Shown piece by piece: positions 1 to 7,089 of a DNA stretch of 32,000 nt. Both the position numbers and the translations under genes were made by a program. The notes beneath the pieces were generated by a model. The model saw only the letters and a program-made list of their open reading frames with translations, made no database searches and was not told where the DNA came from. The stretch's first letter is position 1. Every line of letters begins with the position of its first letter. Source of the stretch: Thermoplasmata archaeon (GTDB lineage: Archaea; Thermoplasmatota; Thermoplasmata; RBG-16-68-12); assembly GCA_036555455.1 (NCBI GenBank), contig DATBLI010000055.1, forward strand, positions 2,580 through 34,579, read 5' to 3'.

Positions 1-303
1 CTCCCCATCGGCTTCAAGGGCCTCGGATTCTCCCAGTCCCACCAGCTCCTCCTTGACGTGCCGAGGTTGAAGGAGACGTGGGGTCTCACCCCCGCGCAGT
101 TCGCGGATCGCCTCGAGGCGAACAACCTCATCGTCGACGCGGTCGGCCGCATCGGGACGAACGAGGTCACGCGGATGGGCGCGAAGGAGGAGGACATGCA
201 GACCCTCGCGGGCCTCATGGTCCGCGCGGCCCGGGGGGAAGCGATTCGGGAGGAGGTGTCGGAGCTGCGGTCAAGGCTCCGCATCTCGTATGTGTTTCCG
301 TGA
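1..303 (+). CDS. glyA: Serine hydroxymethyltransferase, C-terminal fragment (5' end lies outside the window)
   Basis: Frame 1 is open from nt 1 (LPIGFKGLGFSQSHQLLLDV...). It continues into ...ANNLIVDAVGRIGTNEVTRMGAKEEDMQTLAGLM..., which matches the conserved SHMT C-terminal pattern (SHQ.L.D., G.R.GT.E.TR.G.KE.DM). Stop TGA at 301-303. Confidence 0.8.
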   Translation, partial: LPIGFKGLGFSQSHQLLLDVPRLKETWGLTPAQFADRLEANNLIVDAVGRIGTNEVTRMGAKEEDMQTLAGLMVRAARGEAIREEVSELRSRLRISYVFP

Positions 304-307
304 CCCG

Positions 308-324
308 CAAAAGACCATAAGCGG
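308..324 (+). promoter_or_regulatory. Putative BRE/TATA element (CAAAAGACCATAAGCGG) just after the glyA stop, about 27 nt upstream of GTG 344
   Basis: An A-rich BRE-like run followed by a TATA-like box. Its spacing to a start codon matches the other putative leaderless promoters in this window. Confidence 0.35.
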
Positions 325-343
325 CCCTCCCGTTACTCGCGTC

Positions 344-1354
344 GTGGTGTCCGGATCGCGGTATCGCCGGCAGGAAGTCCTCCCGGAAATCGGGAGAAAG
401 GGCCAGGAGATCCTCGGTCGATCCTGGGCCGTCGTGGTCGGCCTCGGGGCCCTGGGCAGCATTTCGGCAGACCTCCTCGCCCGGGCCGGCGTGGGCCATC
501 TGCGCCTCGTGGATCGCGACGTCGTCGAGCTCGTGAACCTCCAGCGGCAGCCCCTGTACGCGGAGGACGACATCGACCGCCCGAAGGCGGAGGCCGCCGC
601 GGATCGTCTGGCGAAGGTCAACTCGGAGATTGAGATCGAGCCGGTTGCGAGAGACGTCCATCCGATGACCGCAGGGGAAGTCCTGCGGGACGCGGACCTC
701 GTCGTGGACGGGACGGACAACATGGAGACGCGCTACCTTCTCAACGAGGCGACGATCGACGCCCGTGTGCCGTTCGTCTATGGAGGCGCGATTGGCACCT
801 ACGGCATGGTCCTCGCGATCCGGGTGCCGGAGACCGCGTGCTTCCGTTGCCTCAATCCGAAAGCCCCGCCGCCTGGCGCCCTCTCAACCTGCGAGACCGC
901 CGGGATCTTCAACGCTCTCTCCGCCCAAGTGGGCGCGATCGAGGCGGGCGAGGCCCTCCGGCTCCTCCTCGGCGAGAAGCCCAGTGGCGACCTCCTCGTC
1001 GTCGACGGATGGCGCTCCGAGATTCAGCGAATCCACGTCGCGCGCCGAGGCGACTGCTCCGCCTGCGTCCGAGGAGAGCGGGAGTACCTTTCCGCGAAGA
1101 GGAACGAAGTCCTCACATCGCTGTGCGGCAGCGACACGATTTCATTGGATCCGTTGCGCCGGGGAACGGTGGACTTGGACACCCTCGCGAACCGTCTCCG
1201 CGCCCTAGGGACCGTGCGGCGCCTCGGGAGGGTCCTGGTTGCAGATGTGGAAGGCAGACACCTGACCGTCTTTGCCGACGGGCGAGTCCTCATCCGCGGG
1301 GTTTCCAAGGAATCCGAGGCCCGGGCGGTCTATGCGAAGTACGTGGGGGTGTGA
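344..1354 (+). CDS. E1-like ThiF/MoeB/UbaA-family adenylyltransferase with an extra ~80-aa C-terminal TBP-repeat-like domain
   Basis: RYRRQ..LPEIG..GQ..L followed by the nucleotide-binding loop VVVGLGALGS. Two CxxC pairs (CFRC...DCSAC) typical of MoeB/ThiF zinc sites. The C-terminal 82 aa (nt 1106-1351) lie beyond the normal E1 core. Start is uncertain: GTG 344 fits the upstream TATA, and the alternative ATG 290 overlaps glyA by 14 nt. Confidence 0.85.
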   Translation: MVSGSRYRRQEVLPEIGRKGQEILGRSWAVVVGLGALGSISADLLARAGVGHLRLVDRDVVELVNLQRQPLYAEDDIDRPKAEAAADRLAKVNSEIEIEPVARDVHPMTAGEVLRDADLVVDGTDNMETRYLLNEATIDARVPFVYGGAIGTYGMVLAIRVPETACFRCLNPKAPPPGALSTCETAGIFNALSAQVGAIEAGEALRLLLGEKPSGDLLVVDGWRSEIQRIHVARRGDCSACVRGEREYLSAKRNEVLTSLCGSDTISLDPLRRGTVDLDTLANRLRALGTVRRLGRVLVADVEGRHLTVFADGRVLIRGVSKESEARAVYAKYVGV

Positions 1355-2028
1355 CCTCGGCCGCGAAGGGAATCCTCCTCCTCAGTGGCGGCTTCGACAG
1401 CCCTGTCGCGGGCTATCTCATGGGCCGCCAAGGGTTCGACGTGGCCGCGGTCCATTTCTCTCTCGAACCGATCACGGACGAGGAATCCACGAAGAAAGCC
1501 CGGAAGCTCGCCCACATCCTCGGCCTCCGCGCTCTCTATGTGGTTCGCGTGGGTGAGGCCTTCGCGGAAGTGGCCCACGCCTGCAACCGCCGATTCTACT
1601 TCGTCCTCACGAAGCGCCTCATGGTCCGTCTCGCCGATGCGATTGCGGACCACGAAGCCGCAGATGTCCTCGTCACGGGGGAGAACCTCGGCCAGGTCTC
1701 GAGCCAAACCCTTCTGAACCTCAAGGCGATCGACGCGGTCGCCCGCCATCCCGTCCTCCGTCCCCTCATCGGGATGGACAAACAGGAGATCGTGGACCGC
1801 GCGAAGGGAATCGGCACGTATGAGGTATCTGTCGGCCCCGAGATCTGCGACCTCCTGGGTCCGCCGCGGCCGGCGACCCATGCACGCCTTGACCAGATTC
1901 TTGCGGAGGAGGAGAAGCTCGACATCGAGGGCCTCGTGGGCCGCTGCCTCGAGACCATTTCCTCGGCAAACTTGAAAGACTACCGTGTCCTTGAGGGGGA
2001 ACCCTCCGAGGCGAAGGCGCCGCGATGA
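1351..2028 (+). CDS. thiI: ThiI-like PP-loop ATP pyrophosphatase (tRNA 4-thiouridine synthase catalytic core only; no NFLD, THUMP or rhodanese domain)
   Basis: GTG 1351 overlaps the upstream TGA (GTGA, 1351-1354). The PP-loop LLLSGGFDSPVAGYLM lies 8 aa from the start. GENLGQVSSQTL, PVLRPLIGMDKQEIV and PEICDLLGPPRPATHA match ThiI core motifs, including the catalytic-Cys region. The 396-aa track ORF is an out-of-frame N-terminal extension over the E1 gene. Confidence 0.85.
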   Translation: MTSAAKGILLLSGGFDSPVAGYLMGRQGFDVAAVHFSLEPITDEESTKKARKLAHILGLRALYVVRVGEAFAEVAHACNRRFYFVLTKRLMVRLADAIADHEAADVLVTGENLGQVSSQTLLNLKAIDAVARHPVLRPLIGMDKQEIVDRAKGIGTYEVSVGPEICDLLGPPRPATHARLDQILAEEEKLDIEGLVGRCLETISSANLKDYRVLEGEPSEAKAPR

Positions 2029-2309
2029 CGTACTATCTCCTCAAGCCGTGCCGCACGGCCACGGCGTTCATCTCCACGCTCAAGAGACCGACGCGGGTTG
2101 ACCTCGGCCGCGCCGCGGATGCCCTCCGGAGGTCGGGCTATCCCGTGAACGACGTGAAGGTCATGCTCGTCGTTGGAGGCGAGCCGGAGCTCACGCTCTA
2201 CGAGAGCGGGAAGGTCCTCGCAAAGACGGACGACGCAGCTATCGCGCGCGAGGCGATCGATCGGCTCTACGAGTCGATCGGCCTCGCGGTATCCATCCCC
2301 TCCTCCTGA
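2025..2309 (+). CDS. Small alpha/beta protein (94 aa), paralogue of the E1 C-terminal domain; TBP-repeat-like pattern
   Basis: ATG 2025 overlaps the thiI-like TGA (ATGA). High GC3 coding signature. Clear similarity to nt 1106-1351 of the E1 gene (..VDL..A..LR..G....LT.f..G+VL.......A+......G). Confidence 0.7.
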   Translation: MTYYLLKPCRTATAFISTLKRPTRVDLGRAADALRRSGYPVNDVKVMLVVGGEPELTLYESGKVLAKTDDAAIAREAIDRLYESIGLAVSIPSS

Positions 2310-2531
2310 GCTCATGTTCTCATTCTTGAGAACTCTCCGCCGCGACGCTCCGGGGTCGAACCCTCACGTTCGCGGATGGCGGCCCCGTGGAGGTCTCACG
2401 CCGACGAACCCGCTCGGGCTGTGGAACGGCCTGGCGATGTTCACCCGGGATCTCGACCGGGCCCACTCGATCCAAGTGAACCGGGACCGCCCAGGGAAAG
2501 ACTTGAGTCCTGCCTCCCCCTGTCCTAGTCC

Positions 2532-3014
2532 GTGAAGAGGGTCCTCGACAGTTCGGCACTCTTGACGGGACGCCAGTTCCCCGGGGAGCTCCTCACGGTG
2601 CCTGCGGTCTTGCAGGAACTCCGTCGGCATGGAATCACGCCCCAGCTACGGGCGATCCTCGACATCCAGGTCCGTGTCCTGCCTCCCTCGAAGGAGAGTG
2701 TGGAACTGGTTGCCGCGGCGGGACGGTCCACAGGCGACGCGCCGCGCCTCTCCCCGACCGACGTGCAGCTCCTCGCGCTCGCCCTGGAGGCCGAGGCGAC
2801 CCTCGTCACCGACGACTACTCAATCCAGAATCTCGCGAGGGCGCTCCGCATCCCCTATGAGACCATTCTCGAGCCGGGAATCAAAGAGGAGTGGCGGTGG
2901 ACATACCGCTGTACGGGCTGCAGTCGTACCTGGCCGGAGTGGCATGATCAATGCCCGGTCTGCGGTTCGCCCCTGAAGACGTCCCGGCCCATGGTCAAAC
3001 GTGGAACGCGATGA
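2532..3014 (+). CDS. nob1: Nob1-like endonuclease (PIN domain plus C-terminal zinc ribbon), 16S rRNA 3'-end maturation
   Basis: N-terminal VLDSSAL, central LSPTDVQLLALA, and TDDYSIQNLA (PIN acidic residues as in archaeal Nob1). C-terminal CTGC...CPVC zinc ribbon. GTG start. Confidence 0.8.
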   Translation: MKRVLDSSALLTGRQFPGELLTVPAVLQELRRHGITPQLRAILDIQVRVLPPSKESVELVAAAGRSTGDAPRLSPTDVQLLALALEAEATLVTDDYSIQNLARALRIPYETILEPGIKEEWRWTYRCTGCSRTWPEWHDQCPVCGSPLKTSRPMVKRGTR

Positions 3015-4092
3015 GCAGTACGTCGATTACGAAGAGAAGGACGATGAGGATCTCGAGGAGGAGCATCCGCCGCCCCTGGACCTCTGCCTGGACAACGCGG
3101 TAGATCTCGGAGAGATCCTGCATCTTGTCCGCAACGGTCCGCCGCCAGGATTCGAGTTCGAACTTCCTCGCGCATCCACGATAGACCTTCCCGAGGAACC
3201 AGTCGCCCCACAGCTTCGAGATGTTCTCCACCGCGAAGGTGGCCTCCGCGAGGTCCATCCGGAGCCCCGCGAGGTCCTTCACCTTCTCCCCTCCGCTTCG
3301 CAGGAAGGAGCCGCGGCGGAAGAAGTCCTCCACGTCGTCGTAGGCCTTGTCGATCACCTTGTCGAGGTACGCGTCGTAGGTCCGGAGTTCGAGGAGCTGT
3401 AGGTTCGCGATCTCGAACACCGTCAAGGTATCCTCGTAGCTGGCGGTGGGCTCGATCACGAGGGCCGCGTCCCATTCAACGACAACGAGGTCGTCGCGGT
3501 AGTAGGAAAGCCAGTTCTTCCAGGTGTCCTCGACCTCCTCCTCGCTGATGTCGTCAGGCCGAGGGTCCGCCGCGAGGAGCGCGGTCACCTCCCGCCGCCA
3601 GTCCTCCTGGAATGTGCGGACGGGGTGCTCCGACACCGTGATGCAGTAGACGGTGTAGGGCTCCGGCTCCACGCGGACATCGTAGGAATCGTGCATGAAG
3701 GGTACGAGGTCCTCGACGATCCGGGCCGCGGTCCGAGCCGTGAAGCCGTCGAGGGTCTCTTCCTTATCCGTGCCGCGGATCCGCAGGTTCCCGAAGGGCT
3801 TCAGTTCCCGGAGGGAGTTCGCCTCGAACGGCACACGAAGGACGACGGCGAGGGCGCCGACGCCGTACAGCTTGACGGCGATCGTCGCCATCAGGGGACC
3901 GAGGTTCGTCTCCAGGTTCCTTTGATCCACGGAAACGAGGAGGGGCTCCGCAACCCGCGCGTACCTTGGTGCGGCGCGCTCGGACACGATTCGGCCCGCG
4001 AGGAACGGCATGTCCACTCGCCGGTTGATCTCCGCAAGGTCTACGGAGGCGCCGATGTCGAAGATGCGGTAGTAGACGACCTCGCCTTTCAT
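2995..4092 (-). CDS. Uncharacterized protein with a single C-terminal TM helix, probably RMD1/DUF155 family
   Basis: 365 aa with coherent high-GC3 coding. N-terminal YYRIFDIG.S.DL and C-terminal ...RRMLLLEILIVLLFVIDVLLIAF resemble the DUF155 (RMND1-like) architecture. Family call is from memory of the motif layout only. Confidence 0.55.
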   Translation of the reverse strand: MKGEVVYYRIFDIGASVDLAEINRRVDMPFLAGRIVSERAAPRYARVAEPLLVSVDQRNLETNLGPLMATIAVKLYGVGALAVVLRVPFEANSLRELKPFGNLRIRGTDKEETLDGFTARTAARIVEDLVPFMHDSYDVRVEPEPYTVYCITVSEHPVRTFQEDWRREVTALLAADPRPDDISEEEVEDTWKNWLSYYRDDLVVVEWDAALVIEPTASYEDTLTVFEIANLQLLELRTYDAYLDKVIDKAYDDVEDFFRRGSFLRSGGEKVKDLAGLRMDLAEATFAVENISKLWGDWFLGKVYRGCARKFELESWRRTVADKMQDLSEIYRVVQAEVQGRRMLLLEILIVLLFVIDVLLIAFHV

Positions 4093-4112
4093 GCCGTGGC
4101 CGGGAGACGGCT

Positions 4113-4128
4113 GGGCGTCTTAAGGGAT
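4113..4128 (-). promoter_or_regulatory. Putative TATA element (minus strand CCCTTAAGACG) about 29 nt upstream of ATG 4092
   Basis: TTAAG-type box at leaderless spacing from the DUF155-like start codon. Confidence 0.4.
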
Positions 4129-4138
4129 GCGGTCTCTG

Positions 4139-4981
4139 TCATGCGCCATACCGGCGCAACCGCTGCTGGTACGACCGGATGGCCCGGAGGAAGTCGATCT
4201 TCCGGAAGCCCGGCCAGTAGACGTCCACGAAGTACAGCTCGGAGTAGGCGAGTTGCCAGAGGAGGAAGTTGGAGATGCGCTCCTCGCCGCTCGTCCGGAG
4301 CACGAGATCGGGGTCAGGAAGGTCCGCGGTGTAGAGGCGCCGGGAGAAGAACTTCTCGTCGATGTCGTCCGCGCGGACCTTGCCCGCTTGGGCATCCTTG
4401 ACGACATCGCGGATCGCCTGGAGGATCTCCTCGCGCCCTCCGTAGGCCACGGCGAGATTGAAGCGGTACGCGCCGTAGTCCTTCGTGCGACCCTCCGCGT
4501 ACTCGATTGCTTCGCGGACCTCGGACGGCAGGATGTCCCGGTCCCCGAAGACCATGATCTTAATCTTGTGCTGGTGGACGCGGGCGTCGTCGCCGACCTT
4601 CCGGAAGTTCTCCGCGAAGATCCGCATGAGGTGCTGGACTTCCTCGCTCGGCCTTCGGATGTTCTCCGTGGAGAAGGCATAGACGGTAAGGATGTGCACG
4701 CCGACCTCGAGGCACCACTCGAGGACCTCTTCGAGTTTGTCCCGCCCCTTCGTGTGCCCGTCGAGGGCGTTCCCCAAGCCGATCTCCCGCGCGAACCGGC
4801 GGTTCCCATCCATGATGATGGCCACGTGGTTCGGCATCGCGGCGGAAGTGACCTGGTGCAGCAGCCGCCGCTCGTATGCTTGGTATGCGGCGTCGCTGAT
4901 GATCTTGGACGGGTCCAACCGGCGGGGCAAGCGCGTTCCCATCCACCCCGTTCTATTTATCCGTTCCTCGGAGCCCTCCAT
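4139..4981 (-). CDS. uppS: Undecaprenyl/di-trans,poly-cis-polyprenyl diphosphate synthase (cis-prenyltransferase)
   Basis: HVAIIMDGNRRFA, LTVYAFSTEN, RTSGE.R.SNFLLWQ.AYSELYF are canonical UppS motifs. Start chosen at ATG 4981 (MEGSEE...), about 25 nt downstream of the TATA-like box at 4996-5012. The track start at 4999 is a TTG inside that box. Confidence 0.9.
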   Translation of the reverse strand: MEGSEERINRTGWMGTRLPRRLDPSKIISDAAYQAYERRLLHQVTSAAMPNHVAIIMDGNRRFAREIGLGNALDGHTKGRDKLEEVLEWCLEVGVHILTVYAFSTENIRRPSEEVQHLMRIFAENFRKVGDDARVHQHKIKIMVFGDRDILPSEVREAIEYAEGRTKDYGAYRFNLAVAYGGREEILQAIRDVVKDAQAGKVRADDIDEKFFSRRLYTADLPDPDLVLRTSGEERISNFLLWQLAYSELYFVDVYWPGFRKIDFLRAIRSYQQRLRRYGA

Positions 4982-4995
4982 GACGGCGGTCACCC

Positions 4996-5012
4996 GCAAA
5001 TGTTTAAGTAGC
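4996..5012. promoter_or_regulatory. TATA-like box (CAAATGTTTAAGTAG) in the divergent uppS / CDIN1-like intergenic region
   Basis: This is the only AT-rich element between the two divergent genes. Its spacing fits a leaderless uppS (ATG 4981) on the minus strand and a short-leader transcript for the plus-strand gene. Confidence 0.4.
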
Positions 5013-5062
5013 GACTCCTGGATGGGAACGACGTAGCCCTCCCCTTTCCAGCGTGACTTCCT

Positions 5063-5911
5063 GTGACCTTATCGATGAAGCTGAGCCAGTATCAAGACCT
5101 CTATCGTAGGCTCTCCACGCCCGAGGACATCGACTTCCTTGGGGAGAACTTCGGCTATGATAAGGAACTCCTCCTGGTCATTCACACGCAACGAGTCGTC
5201 CGCGACACCACGAAGCGCTTCTACCGTGTGAAGGCCCAGGCGAAACGCCTGGCGTGGATGTGGCAGCAGGGGGACAGCCTCGTCTCCATCGCGAAGAAGT
5301 ACGAATTCCCGCCGATCCTGACGAGCCTTATGGTCCTCGAGCAGCGCAAGATCCCCCGGAAGCAGTTCTGGAAGATGATCCGGGATGTCCCCAACGTCCG
5401 CGACCGACGCCTGCGCCGGGAACTCGCGGAGGTCGTCGCCACGGATATCGTCTACAGCCCGGTGGGGAGTGCCCGCCAGTTTGCTCGGGGCCGATGGGGC
5501 GAGAAGAAACTCCAGTCGTGGCTGGATGCGCGCGGCCTGAAGTACGAAACAGAAAAGGACCTTCGGGCGAAGTACGACAAGACCCCGGACGTCCTCCTCC
5601 ATCGGCCCCTCGAGTTGAACGGCTCCAAGAAATACTGGATCGAGTCCAAGGCAATCTTCGGCGATCCCTATGAGATTCGGCGGCACGTCAAGAAACAGAT
5701 GCGGCCCTACAGCGACATGTTCGGCGACGGGACGGTCGTGTACTGGTTCGGCCATGTGAACGACCAGGAGTACGAGCTTCCCGAGGGCGTCGACATCGTG
5801 GACGGGGACTTCTTCGAGAGCCCGCTCCAACCCTATCCGTACGTCCCCGTGCACGAGACGCCGGTGGACCTCGCATCCCCCGAGGCCGGCGCGGTCGACC
5901 TCGAAGAGTAG
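5063..5911 (+). CDS. CDIN1 (C15orf41)-like TPD-motif protein: predicted PD-(D/E)XK nuclease with N-terminal helical/HTH region
   Basis: LRAKYDKTPDVLL...YWIESKAIFGD...GTVVYWFGH closely parallels the human CDIN1 C-terminal block as I remember it (LRAKGYDKTPDFIL...HWIESKASFGD...GLVIYWYGF). Total length is similar (282 aa). Start is GTG 5063 or ATG 5075. Confidence 0.75.
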   Translation: MTLSMKLSQYQDLYRRLSTPEDIDFLGENFGYDKELLLVIHTQRVVRDTTKRFYRVKAQAKRLAWMWQQGDSLVSIAKKYEFPPILTSLMVLEQRKIPRKQFWKMIRDVPNVRDRRLRRELAEVVATDIVYSPVGSARQFARGRWGEKKLQSWLDARGLKYETEKDLRAKYDKTPDVLLHRPLELNGSKKYWIESKAIFGDPYEIRRHVKKQMRPYSDMFGDGTVVYWFGHVNDQEYELPEGVDIVDGDFFESPLQPYPYVPVHETPVDLASPEAGAVDLEE

Positions 5912-5925
5912 GGGAAACCAGGCCG

Positions 5926-5940
5926 GAAACGTTTAAGGGG
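5926..5940 (+). promoter_or_regulatory. BRE/TATA (GAAACGTTTAAGGGG) about 30 nt upstream of the aIF-1A ATG
   Basis: Matches the recurrent AAAyCGTTTA-type motif of this window at leaderless spacing. Confidence 0.55.
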
Positions 5941-5963
5941 GCCCTCCGCATCTTCGCGGCCGG

Positions 5964-6272
5964 ATGCCCAGCGAGGAAGAGATTACCCGCGTCCGCATGC
6001 CCCACCTGCGGGAAGGCGAGATCATGGGGATCGCGGACCAGCTCCTGGGCGCCTCCCGGATCCGAGTGATGTGCTCGGATGGAAAGAGCCGCCTCGGGCG
6101 GATCCCGGGGAAACTGAAGAAACGAATGTGGATCCGCGAGGGAGACCTCCTCGTCGTCAAGGTGTGGCCCTTCCAGGACGACAAGTGCGACATCCGCCAC
6201 CGGTACACGAAGACGGAGGCCTCCTACCTAAGCCGGAGGGGCGTCATCCCGAAGTCCATCAACATCTTCTGA
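5964..6272 (+). CDS. eif1a: Translation initiation factor aIF-1A
   Basis: S1/OB-fold signature: GEIMGIADQLLGASRIRVMCSDGKSRLGRIPGKLKKRMWIREGDLLVV..W.FQDDK.DI.HRY. Confidence 0.92.
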   Translation: MPSEEEITRVRMPHLREGEIMGIADQLLGASRIRVMCSDGKSRLGRIPGKLKKRMWIREGDLLVVKVWPFQDDKCDIRHRYTKTEASYLSRRGVIPKSINIF

Positions 6273-6323
6273 AGGGCCCGCAAAGCTCTTAGTGCACCGG
6301 GCGGTACGATATCTTCTTGCGGC

Positions 6324-7085
6324 ATGATCGACGAACGGCACTTGCACCTCTTGGAGTCCCAGATTGACGCGATGCGGACTCGGGAGAAGGACTCTGACGC
6401 CAGGAAGACGTACGATCAGGTCTTCGACCGTGCTTGCCTCCTCGTCCTCCAAGGCCTCATCAGCGAGGGGACCCTTTCGACCCTCGACTACCCCGTGAGC
6501 ACGGGGAAGGAGGCGAGCGTCTTCCACGGGACTTCGGACAGCGGAAAGGCGAAGGCTGTGAAGATCTACCGCATCGCGACGGCCACCTTCAAGAACATCG
6601 CGGTCTACATCGAAGGTGACACTCGGTTCAAGCGTGTGAAACGAGCGACGAAGCCGACGATCTTCGCCTGGGCGCAGAAGGAGTACCAAAATCTCGTCCG
6701 GATGCACGACGCGAGCGTGCGCGTGCCGACGCCGGAGCGCGTCGAGGCGAACGTCCTTGTCATGGAGTACATCGGGGACGAGACCCGGCCTGCGCCCGTC
6801 TTGAAGGACGTTCTCTTGGAAGACCCTGCGGATGTGTACGATGACGTCGTCGAGAACATGCGGCGGATCCGGAAGTCCGGGCTCGTCCACGCGGACATGA
6901 GCGAGTACAACCTCCTCTTCTGGGACGGCCGTGTGGTCGTCATTGACTGCGGCCAGGCCGTGCCCTTGGACCATCCGCGGGCTGTGGAGTGGTTCCACCG
7001 GGATGTGACCAACATTGCGCGGTTCTTCCACCGAAAGGGCGTGAACGTGACGCCCAAGGACCTCCTGGGTATCCTCGGAGGGTGA
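6324..7085 (+). CDS. rio1: RIO-type serine/threonine kinase, Rio1 subtype
   Basis: STGKEASVFHG (P-loop-like), KIYR, LVMEYIG, LVHADMSEYN, VVIDCGQAV (catalytic and metal-binding loops of RIO kinases). Size (253 aa) and absence of an N-terminal wHTH fit Rio1 rather than Rio2. Confidence 0.9.
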   Translation: MIDERHLHLLESQIDAMRTREKDSDARKTYDQVFDRACLLVLQGLISEGTLSTLDYPVSTGKEASVFHGTSDSGKAKAVKIYRIATATFKNIAVYIEGDTRFKRVKRATKPTIFAWAQKEYQNLVRMHDASVRVPTPERVEANVLVMEYIGDETRPAPVLKDVLLEDPADVYDDVVENMRRIRKSGLVHADMSEYNLLFWDGRVVVIDCGQAVPLDHPRAVEWFHRDVTNIARFFHRKGVNVTPKDLLGILGG

Positions 7086-7089
7086 CGTC

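Noticed and set aside
838-1350. N-terminal extension of the thiI-like ORF (the 396-aa version)
   Set aside because: It overlaps the E1 gene in another frame with an R/P-rich translation. GTG 1351, in a GTGA overlap directly before the PP-loop, is the credible start.
2338-2383. tRNA-like T-loop motif GGGGTCGAACCC, suggesting a tRNA gene in the nob1 upstream spacer
   Set aside because: I could not build a cloverleaf on either strand: no 5-bp T stem with a 7-nt loop, and no matching acceptor, D or anticodon arms. It is kept only as part of the unassigned structured spacer.
5069-5854. 261-aa minus-strand ORF
   Set aside because: Antisense shadow of the CDIN1-like gene.
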